Of a DNA stretch of 26,658 bases, positions 17,694-24,341 are shown piece after piece. Every line of letters starts with the position of its first letter. The stretch's first letter is position 1. The DNA lies in IMG/VR virus record IMGVR_UViG_3300031658_000096, positions 1-26,658 of that record, one strand, 5' to 3'. The notes under the pieces are model-generated. The model saw only the letters and a program-made list of their open reading frames with translations. It ran no database searches and was not told the DNA's origin. This DNA is from a virus. Its lineage: Duplodnaviria > Caudoviricetes. The position numbers and the translations under genes are program-made.

Positions 17694-17882
17694 TTAATTG
17701 ATTATAAATTCTTTTTGATAATACTGCCATGCCTCTTCTATTGTATGCATTCTGTTTCGATACATTGCATCTTGAGATGACCAGTAACTGGTAGCATCTG
17801 TTTCTGTCTTAATCACGTTATCAGATTCAATCCATTTCTCGAATCTGATTCTGTGTAATTTCCATGTAATTTCCATAGTCAT
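17694..17882 (-). CDS. Hypothetical protein (62 aa)
   Basis: ORF track, operon orientation. Confidence 0.7.
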   Translation of the reverse strand: MTMEITWKLHRIRFEKWIESDNVIKTETDATSYWSSQDAMYRNRMHTIEEAWQYYQKEFIIN

Positions 17883-17887
17883 TTGAT

Positions 17888-18118
17888 TTAATATAATTCT
17901 GATTTCTCGATTTGTTTTACCTCTCTTGCTGGTAGCTCACTGGTATAATCTAAGTATCTGTCGAAGGTCTTTTGACACTTCTTGTCCCAAGCATTATAGT
18001 TCTTTTCATTACCAGCACTATCAGAAATGTTACGTTGTCTGTCAGCCTCATTGTGTTGTGTTAACCAGTAAATTGCCTTGTTCACTTTTGCTTGATGTTT
18101 CTTGTTTAATGCTATCAT
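17888..18118 (-). CDS. Hypothetical helical protein (76 aa)
   Basis: ORF track, operon orientation. Confidence 0.75.
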   Translation of the reverse strand: MIALNKKHQAKVNKAIYWLTQHNEADRQRNISDSAGNEKNYNAWDKKCQKTFDRYLDYTSELPAREVKQIEKSELY

Positions 18119-18120
18119 GA

Positions 18121-18261
18121 TTAAATTGGATTAGATGTTACGAAATAGCTTAGTGCTATTACATTCTTTTTTACTTGGTCTAATTCGTACAGCTTCTGTG
18201 CTGTCTTGATTAATGCACAATCGATGCGCACATACTTGATTACTGATTTTGGTTTACTCAT
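18121..18261 (-). CDS. Small hypothetical protein (46 aa, MSKPKSVIKYVRIDCALIK...)
   Basis: Read manually. Its leader TAACTTTAAATTCAACTACA-ATG is nearly identical to that of the 18743 gene. Confidence 0.7.
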   Translation of the reverse strand: MSKPKSVIKYVRIDCALIKTAQKLYELDQVKKNVIALSYFVTSNPI

Positions 18262-18276
18262 TGTAGTTGAATTTAA

Positions 18277-18326
18277 AGTTAAGACGCTTCACAGCGTTTC
18301 GTCCTATATGGACTCATCAGTTAACT
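18277..18326 (-). ncRNA. Type I hammerhead ribozyme 1 (canonical, GUC site)
   Basis: AGTTAA-CTGATGA-GTCC-ATATA-GGAC-GAAA-CGCT-GTGA-AGCG-TC^TTAACT. All core nucleotides and three stems are present. Confidence 0.92.
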
Positions 18327-18743
18327 ATTCTTAATTAGGTCTAAATGATGTTTGCCATAATACCTATCAAATAGTTCCCACGCTTCCGACTCACTACAGT
18401 CGTTCTTCCAAAACTCAGTGCAATGCATTAATCTACATCCTACAACCTCGCCTATCCCAAATGTAGCGTGTACTATCTCGTGCAATACTACTTGAGTAAA
18501 TCGATTTACATTAATATATTTCTTGTTGAAGTGTATAATGTTTTTACCAAGATATGCATAGGCACACGCATCTGTATTTTCACTTACTATCCTAACCTCA
18601 ATACGTGGTATACGATAACCTCTTCGCTTTATGTTGTAAAGTTCGTCCATCACTTTTCTTCTCATTGCATACACATTGTCATCCATTTTTAACATCTTAC
18701 CACCTCTTGCAGCTGTGTTTTTTAAAGCTCTTGTTTTTCTCAT
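18321..18743 (-). CDS. Zincin-type metallopeptidase-like protein (HExxH), first gene of the early operon
   Basis: ACAYAYLGKNIIHF strands, then VVLHEIVHATFG and a CRLM Met-turn-like motif. Confidence 0.75.
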   Translation of the reverse strand: MRKTRALKNTAARGGKMLKMDDNVYAMRRKVMDELYNIKRRGYRIPRIEVRIVSENTDACAYAYLGKNIIHFNKKYINVNRFTQVVLHEIVHATFGIGEVVGCRLMHCTEFWKNDCSESEAWELFDRYYGKHHLDLIKNS

Positions 18744-19162
18744 TGTAATTGAATTTAAAGTTAGTCATCGGCATAGGTTTTGCTCCTACATTTTTAGTAT
18801 GATATCCTCATAGGATAATACCGATAATTTGGTGTAGATTTCACTCTCAAGACTCGCACGTTAACTCCATCGACAGATGGTTAAGATATGGTTAGATATA
18901 TCACAGAATTCTCAGTTAAGGAATAGCCAATTTTTTATCCTTGAAATCATTTCTACTTTTATGTAATCCCTATGAACACCTTAGTGCTAACTACTTCGCT
19001 TGATAGATATGGATAGAGAGATAATCTTAACGGAATCGTTAAATGATTGATTATCAGCAGTATGCAGAAGGCATAGTTAAAGTAACACTTTAGATAACGT
19101 GTTGTAACTGCTTGATTCTCAGTAGTTTAGGTCAGAATGTCAATGAACATGAGGATTTCCTC
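18744..19162 (-). ncRNA. Candidate long structured leader RNA
   Basis: ~420 nt with no annotated ORF between a promoter box and the first gene; numerous hairpins on the minus strand. Confidence 0.45.
19137..19162 (-). promoter_or_regulatory. boxB-like hairpin plus boxA-like antitermination sequence
   Basis: GAGG-AAAT-CCTC, then (T)GTTCATTGACAT, directly after the promoter. Confidence 0.55.
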
Positions 19163-19166
19163 TCGA

Positions 19167-19174
19167 CAAATATA
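19167..19174 (-). promoter_or_regulatory. Bacteroidota sigma70 -7 box (TATATTTG), early leftward promoter
   Basis: Exact TAnnTTTG match at the head of the leftward unit. Confidence 0.7.
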
Positions 19175-19661
19175 AGCTTTTATATCCTAATACTACTATA
19201 ACTTGTCAATAAAATGTCAATAAAGATTGTCTATTAGCTGATACACTGCCCTCACTACTTTATACAAAAGATATAATCCTGTTATAAGCGTAATACTTAC
19301 CAGCTACTTAAAAGATGTTGACTATGTTTTGTTTGGGACATACAGCCATCGTGCTGGTGTTAAGGGAAGGCTCTCTCCTTCTCCTTTCTTTTGTGCTTGT
19401 CGCAGCACAGCAGCAGCAGCTTAGTCTTTACTGGGCGAGATGCATGTAATGACCAGCAATACAGCACAGATACTGGTACTGGTACTGGGCTGACTGGACA
19501 GCACTGGCGCTGATAGGAGGGTTTTCTGAAACAATCCCACAAAAAAGTCTGAAAAAGTCTGTTTAGCTGTAGAATTTTTGACTTTCTTTAAGCCAAGTGC
19601 GCGTGTATAAGCTACTATAGCCCTAAACCTATAGATGTGTAAACCGAAAAAAAATTTTCAC

Positions 19662-19669
19662 TATATTTG
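19662..19669 (+). promoter_or_regulatory. -7 box TATATTTG
   Basis: Exact consensus 25 nt before the ATG at 19695. Confidence 0.7.
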
Positions 19670-19694
19670 TACGGTAACTTTTAAAAAATATATT

Positions 19695-19892
19695 ATGGAC
19701 AAGAGGGATTTTATAAACGGATTGTATGTTGAGGGTGGTAGATTAATTAATGACCGTCCTGATGGCATGTCTGGGATTGCAAAGGCAGCTTCTATTAAGA
19801 GGTCGGTAAAGAATGATCGTAAGATTAATCAGATTGCTGAAGGAATTCAGTTAGCAGAAGGCAGAAAAAACTTTAAAGGGTTAAATTTTTAA
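19695..19892 (+). CDS. Hypothetical protein (65 aa, MDKRDFINGLYVEGGRLIN...)
   Basis: ORF-track start 19635 lies upstream of the promoter box; the ATG at 19695 has an A-rich leader. Confidence 0.75.
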   Translation: MDKRDFINGLYVEGGRLINDRPDGMSGIAKAASIKRSVKNDRKINQIAEGIQLAEGRKNFKGLNF

Positions 19893-19920
19893 AATATTTT
19901 CGTTTTATCATTAGTTTTAA

Positions 19921-19952
19921 AAAAGGGGAATCATGTATTTCTCTTTTTTTTT
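19921..19952 (+). terminator. Intrinsic terminator
   Basis: AAAAGGGGAA-TCATGTA-TTTCTCTTTT followed by a T run. Confidence 0.55.
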
Positions 19953-19971
19953 ATCTTTACATGTAGATAAC

Positions 19972-20150
19972 CGACATTTTTATGACAGTTATTGTGTCAA
20001 TTTTTTTTCATTAACTAACTGACTCTTAATACTATATTCTTTAAATGTCGATAATGTCGATAATAAATAGAATAATAATAAATAAAAAAAGAAGAAGAGT
20101 AGTAAATATATATAAAGAGTAAATGAAGAACTTTGCCTGACATTCGACAC
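19972..20150. repeat. Origin-like element B
   Basis: TATATTCTTTAA at 20033, AATGTCGAT twice (20044, 20053), A-rich spacer, inverted TGACATTCGACAC at 20138-20150. Confidence 0.5.
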
Positions 20151-20185
20151 ATCTTATTTATGTTTAATGTTTAAATATATTTTAG

Positions 20186-20193
20186 TATATTTG
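20186..20193 (+). promoter_or_regulatory. -7 box TATATTTG for groEL-groES
   Basis: Exact consensus 20 nt before the groEL ATG. Confidence 0.7.
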
Positions 20194-20213
20194 CTTAAAT
20201 TAAATTTAATACA

Positions 20214-21812
20214 ATGAGCAATTATATTCCAAAGAACCTTGAGTTTGATCAACCTGGTCGTGACAAATTAATTCAAGGAATTACAAAAATTTCTAAAGCA
20301 GTAAAAAGCACGTTAGGCCCACGCGGAAAAACGGTTCTTATAGAATCCCCTGAACATATTGGTGGGATGACTATTACTAAGGATGGTGTGACTGTAGCTA
20401 ATTCTATTTTTTTAGAAAACCCTATAGAGAATCTTGCGGTGCAGATGTTAAAAGATGCTGCACGTAGAACAGCAAACTCTGCTGGGGATGGAACGACTAC
20501 TGCAATTGTATTAACTGAGGCTATTATAAAAGCTGGAGAAAGTAATTTAACAAAAGAAAATAATATTACTGAGGTTGTAAAAGCAATAAATGTTTTCAGC
20601 AAAATTGTTTTAAAAGAACTAAAAAAGAATTCACGTAAAATTACTAAAGCAAGGCTATTAGATGTTGCTACTATTTCAGCAAACAACGATAAGACTTTAG
20701 GGAAAATAATTTCTGACGCTTATAACAAGGTTGGAAATAACGGTATTGTAACTGTAGAGCGTTCTCAAAACCATGAGACATATGCTACAGTGACTAACGG
20801 AATAAAAATTGATCGTGGATATACTTCCAATTTATTTATTACAAACCAGAAAAACGATGAGAGTGTTTTAGAAGATACTTTAGTTTTAGTTTGTGACCAG
20901 GAGATAAGTAATATACTTCAAATAGAAAATGTATTAAAACCAATCATACAGCTAAACAAAAAACTTCTCATCATTGGACCATGCTCAGTCAATGTTGTGA
21001 ATACTCTGGCGGCCAACGTAGTGCGAAATGGCTTAAAGTTGTGTAATATTATGCCACCTCAATTTGGTTATAAGCAGCACGAACTTATGCAAGACATTGC
21101 GTTGTCGGTAGGGGCTAAATACTTTTCAGAAAAGACTGGAGATGATTTAAGTCTTTTGGAAATGTCTGACCTTGGTCATGCTGATAAGATTATATCTGGT
21201 AAAAGTCAAACGGTTATTATTAAAAATAATCAAATGACTGAAGAAATAAAAAATCGAATCTCTGATTTAAAAGAACAACAAGAAAATACAGAGATTGTTT
21301 CGGACAGAGAATTTATAAACGAGCGTATTGCAAGTTTATCTGGATCTATAGGTGCTATTTATGTTGGAGGTAATTCTGATATAGAGCAAAAAGAAAAATA
21401 TGACAGGGTAGAAGATGCTGTTTGTGCTGTTCGTAGTGCTTTGGAAGAGGGTATTGTAAAAGGTGGAGGAATGGCGCTTATGAATTGTCAGAAAAAAATA
21501 CACGAAGTATTCTTGACTAAAGTAAACGATGATGAAAAAACAGCATTTCTAATTTTATCAGATGCTATTGAAGCACCATGTATGCAGATTTTAGAGAATG
21601 CTGGTAAAAAATATGGAGACATCTATCCTCAGAAGACTATAAAAATCAATGAGGACTACAACGTAAAGACTGAAAAGTATGGAGACTTTTTTAAGATGGG
21701 TGTTATAGATCCTTTAAAAGTAACTAAGACCGCATTTGAAAATGCAGTTAGTGTAGCAACGACTATTTTAACAACCAATGCAATAATTACTCACGCAAGA
21801 GCGATAGAATAA
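20214..21812 (+). CDS. groEL: Phage-encoded chaperonin GroEL (Cpn60)
   Basis: TLGPRG, TKDGVTVA, AGDGTTTA, ERIASLSG, RVEDAVCA, GVIDPLKV; lacks the GGM tail. Confidence 0.97.
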   Translation: MSNYIPKNLEFDQPGRDKLIQGITKISKAVKSTLGPRGKTVLIESPEHIGGMTITKDGVTVANSIFLENPIENLAVQMLKDAARRTANSAGDGTTTAIVLTEAIIKAGESNLTKENNITEVVKAINVFSKIVLKELKKNSRKITKARLLDVATISANNDKTLGKIISDAYNKVGNNGIVTVERSQNHETYATVTNGIKIDRGYTSNLFITNQKNDESVLEDTLVLVCDQEISNILQIENVLKPIIQLNKKLLIIGPCSVNVVNTLAANVVRNGLKLCNIMPPQFGYKQHELMQDIALSVGAKYFSEKTGDDLSLLEMSDLGHADKIISGKSQTVIIKNNQMTEEIKNRISDLKEQQENTEIVSDREFINERIASLSGSIGAIYVGGNSDIEQKEKYDRVEDAVCAVRSALEEGIVKGGGMALMNCQKKIHEVFLTKVNDDEKTAFLILSDAIEAPCMQILENAGKKYGDIYPQKTIKINEDYNVKTEKYGDFFKMGVIDPLKVTKTAFENAVSVATTILTTNAIITHARAIE

Positions 21813-21824
21813 TAAACCATACAT

Positions 21825-22082
21825 ATGAAACCAGTAGGGAAATATATTGTAATAAAAACCATAGAAGAGGAAGTTAAAACCTCATCAGGAATATTATTGT
21901 CAGCAACAGATGTTGATGAATTTAGATATCGAAAAGGTTCTGTAGTTAAACCAGGAACAGATGTAAGTGTAGTTAAACCAAAAGATTTAATATACTATGA
22001 CAAAAACTCTGGATTTACTATGTTAATTAATGAAGAGCCTTATACTATTATTCAGGAACGAGATGTAGTTATAGTTCTTTAA
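21825..22082 (+). CDS. groES: Phage-encoded co-chaperonin GroES (Cpn10)
   Basis: MKPVGKYIVIK, mobile loop EEVKTSSGILL, IIQERDVVIVL. Confidence 0.92.
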   Translation: MKPVGKYIVIKTIEEEVKTSSGILLSATDVDEFRYRKGSVVKPGTDVSVVKPKDLIYYDKNSGFTMLINEEPYTIIQERDVVIVL

Positions 22083-22533
22083 TTTCTTTATTCATTTCTT
22101 TAATCATATTGCGATAAACTTTATCCATGTATGATGCATCATTTCTAAATAACGGATTAGCTGTTGCAGTTTCTGCAATTTCTTCTCCGTTAATTTTTTT
22201 ATAAATAGTATTGATTATTCTTTTAGACTTATAAGTTAATTCGTATAGAGTTGTTTCATTTCCCTGTCTTTTTCTCCAGACATGAATCCATTCTTCTTTT
22301 AATAATTTATTAAAACGATTTAGATCCCAGGACATTATTTGTTCGTACTCTTTGAATTGGCTTTTATTAAATATTTGTTCGCTATACAAAAACAACAACA
22401 TTTCTAAATCAGGTGTGCCTAATCCGTATTTAGCCTTTACCCAGTATCTTATAACCCTCCAGTATTTTAGAAAATCATTATCAGGTAATATTCGTGTAGT
22501 ATTTTTTCTTGGATATACTCCGTTAAATTTCAT
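22069..22533 (-). CDS. Putative winged-helix DNA-binding protein
   Basis: YGLGTPDLEMLLFL...FNKLLKEEWIHVW...LYELTYKSK resembles a MarR-like wHTH; lone antisense gene in the rightward block. Confidence 0.65.
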   Translation of the reverse strand: MKFNGVYPRKNTTRILPDNDFLKYWRVIRYWVKAKYGLGTPDLEMLLFLYSEQIFNKSQFKEYEQIMSWDLNRFNKLLKEEWIHVWRKRQGNETTLYELTYKSKRIINTIYKKINGEEIAETATANPLFRNDASYMDKVYRNMIKEMNKEIKEL

Positions 22534-22547
22534 TAGATTAAATTCTT

Positions 22548-22555
22548 TATATTTG
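22548..22555 (+). promoter_or_regulatory. -7 box TATATTTG
   Basis: Exact consensus ahead of the basic-protein cluster. Confidence 0.65.
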
Positions 22556-22589
22556 TAAATATATAAACAATTAATTAAACTTAGAAATT

Positions 22590-22700
22590 ATGCCAAAAGT
22601 AGGAAAGAAAACATTCGCTTACACAGCAAAAGGGAAAGCAGCAGCTAAAAAAATGGCAAAAGCTACAGGTAAAAAAGTAAAAACTAAGAAAAAATATTAA
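22590..22700 (+). CDS. Tiny Lys/Ala-rich protein (36 aa, MPKVGKKTFAYTAKGKAAAKK...)
   Basis: Read manually; TAATG coupling to the next gene. Confidence 0.75.
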   Translation: MPKVGKKTFAYTAKGKAAAKKMAKATGKKVKTKKKY

Positions 22701-23335
22701 TGAGCTGCGCAGGAAAAACAGGTGATGCATTAGCAAAATGCAGAAAATACGAAGCTTTAAAAAAGAGGTATGAAAATTTTAATGCAAAAAAAGATACCAT
22801 TTTAGTAAGCAAGAGTAATAACCAAAAAGGAAATGACTTAAAGCTTCGTATGAGAAAGGCAAAAGCTGCTGAAGCATTGGCATTAAAAGAACAAAAAATT
22901 AAAAAGCAAAAACCAAATACCACTCGTAAATTAACGTATAATACAAAAGGTTCAGCTAATGAGGACAAAAAAGTTACTCAAAATAAAAAAACTAAAGTCT
23001 ATACATCTACTATTAAAGTAAATAAAAAAGAATTAGCAAATACTATTGTTAAAAAATCAATTAAAGTCAAAGACACTAAAAAGGAAGTTAAAAAAACTAA
23101 GCCTAAAGTTAAAGTTAAAACTACACTTAAACCAAAAGGTATAACTAAAACTAAACCTAAAGTTATAGCTACACCTAAACCTAAAGTTGTAACTAAAACT
23201 AAAACCAAGCCTAAAGTTTTAACTAAAAGAGAATTATCAGATAGAAATAAAGCTGATAAGAAAGCTTCTAAAGAAAGAGCTAAAGCAAGAAGACGTAGTA
23301 GAAGAAAAGGATTAGACCGAAATGCTATTAACTAA
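22700..23335 (+). CDS. Very basic low-complexity protein with K-T-K-P-K-V repeats (histone H1-like composition)
   Basis: KTKPKV/TPKPKV repeats in the C-terminal half, Arg-rich tail. Confidence 0.75.
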   Translation: MSCAGKTGDALAKCRKYEALKKRYENFNAKKDTILVSKSNNQKGNDLKLRMRKAKAAEALALKEQKIKKQKPNTTRKLTYNTKGSANEDKKVTQNKKTKVYTSTIKVNKKELANTIVKKSIKVKDTKKEVKKTKPKVKVKTTLKPKGITKTKPKVIATPKPKVVTKTKTKPKVLTKRELSDRNKADKKASKERAKARRRSRRKGLDRNAIN

Positions 23336-23356
23336 AAAAATATTTATAAATATTTG

Positions 23357-23364
23357 TATATTTG
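23357..23364 (+). promoter_or_regulatory. -7 box TATATTTG
   Basis: Exact consensus upstream of 23401. Confidence 0.6.
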
Positions 23365-23400
23365 TAATATTAAATTTTATTAATTTTTAAATATATTATC

Positions 23401-23595
23401 ATGAAACAAGGATTTAACTCAAGACTTAATGAATCATTAGGTGAAAGAAACGGAAAGAAATCTCAATCTATGAAAGATCGTAGAGATGAGTCTAAGTCCA
23501 TGTCTAAAAAAATGTATGGTCACGCTTATGGTGCTGACAAATCTATGTCTTACAGACACGCAGCTAAAATAGTTAAGCACGATCATTTAAAATAA
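23401..23595 (+). CDS. Small basic protein (64 aa)
   Basis: ORF track, A/T-rich leader. Confidence 0.75.
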   Translation: MKQGFNSRLNESLGERNGKKSQSMKDRRDESKSMSKKMYGHAYGADKSMSYRHAAKIVKHDHLK

Positions 23596-23599
23596 TATT

Positions 23600-23758
23600 A
23601 TGAGCTTTAAAAAAGTAGCAGCAAAGATTGCAAAAAAAGGAGGTTACTCTAAAAAAGCGGCTGGAGCTATCTTAGCTTCTGCATCAAGAAACGCAAGCGC
23701 TAAAGCTAAAAAGAAAAACCCTAAACTTAAAAAAGTAAAAGGTAAATCTAAGAAATAA
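23600..23758 (+). CDS. Small Lys/Ala-rich protein (52 aa, MSFKKVAAKIAKKGGYSKKAAGAILASASR...)
   Basis: Read manually; tight packing with neighbours. Confidence 0.75.
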   Translation: MSFKKVAAKIAKKGGYSKKAAGAILASASRNASAKAKKKNPKLKKVKGKSKK

Positions 23759-23777
23759 ATAATTAAATTTTAATCAA

Positions 23778-23900
23778 ATGACTAAAAAGAAAATTATTAA
23801 AAAAGAAGTAGTAGATAAAACAAAACCAGTTGAAATTGTTCTAAAAGATACAGTTCAATATGTTAATGTTTATCCTAAGTATAATCCTTTAAGAAAGTAA
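23778..23900 (+). CDS. Small basic protein (40 aa)
   Basis: Read manually (MTKKKIIKKEVV...NPLRK). Confidence 0.6.
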   Translation: MTKKKIIKKEVVDKTKPVEIVLKDTVQYVNVYPKYNPLRK

Positions 23901-23901
23901 A

Positions 23902-24042
23902 ATGGGGAAACTATTAATAAAATTAGGTTATTGGGTAACAAAGATATGGTGCAAGTTTGCTTGTTTCTATAATTCTATTGTTGCAAAATTAATTATAAAA
24001 GTAGATAGTTGTCCTAATCAAATTTGTGTTTGTAAAAAATGA
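23902..24042 (+). CDS. Small Cys-rich protein (46 aa)
   Basis: MGKLLIKLGYWVTKIWCKFAC...SCPNQICVCKK; ATGA coupling to the next gene. Confidence 0.65.
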   Translation: MGKLLIKLGYWVTKIWCKFACFYNSIVAKLIIKVDSCPNQICVCKK

Positions 24043-24215
24043 AAAATGTTTTTACTAAAGTACAGAAAATTGAAAGATCAAAAGGATTTGGAGATACGGT
24101 AGAGAAATTTACAAAAGCGACTGGAATAAAACAAATAGTAGACACAGTTACAAACGGTGATTGTGGTTGCGACAAGCGTAAGGATTCTCTTAACCGAATT
24201 TTTCCTTACAAATAG
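24039..24215 (+). CDS. Small protein with SKGxGDT...DCGC..RK..LN motif (58 aa)
   Basis: Read manually; coupled to the upstream ORF. Confidence 0.75.
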   Translation: MKNVFTKVQKIERSKGFGDTVEKFTKATGIKQIVDTVTNGDCGCDKRKDSLNRIFPYK

Positions 24216-24301
24216 AAGAAGTTAGTAGTGATTAACAACGCAGAGATAACAAACTCATGGAATAGCAACTCACCGCTATTAATCACTACTAACTTATTCT
24301 A
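24213..24301. repeat. Long inverted repeat (17-bp perfect arms, 43-nt spacer)
   Basis: AAGTTAGTAGTGATTAA (24219-24235) and TTAATCACTACTAACTT (24279-24295). Confidence 0.9.
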
Positions 24302-24341
24302 ATAAATAAAAACGAGATTTTTAACCCTCAAAAAAAATAAA

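Noticed and set aside
5224-18692. Plus-strand ORFs within the leftward unit (5224, 6037, 9903, 10837, 11826, 15009, 17926, 18468)
   Set aside because: They overlap better-supported minus-strand genes or elements and lack leaders or motifs.
18764-18772. Third hammerhead at CCGATGA near the end of the leader
   Set aside because: The core deviates from CUGANGA and there is no following stem II/GAAA.
19360-19542. 60-aa ORF in the repeat zone
   Set aside because: It is a translation of low-complexity repeats (PVPVPV, LLLL) with no A-rich leader.
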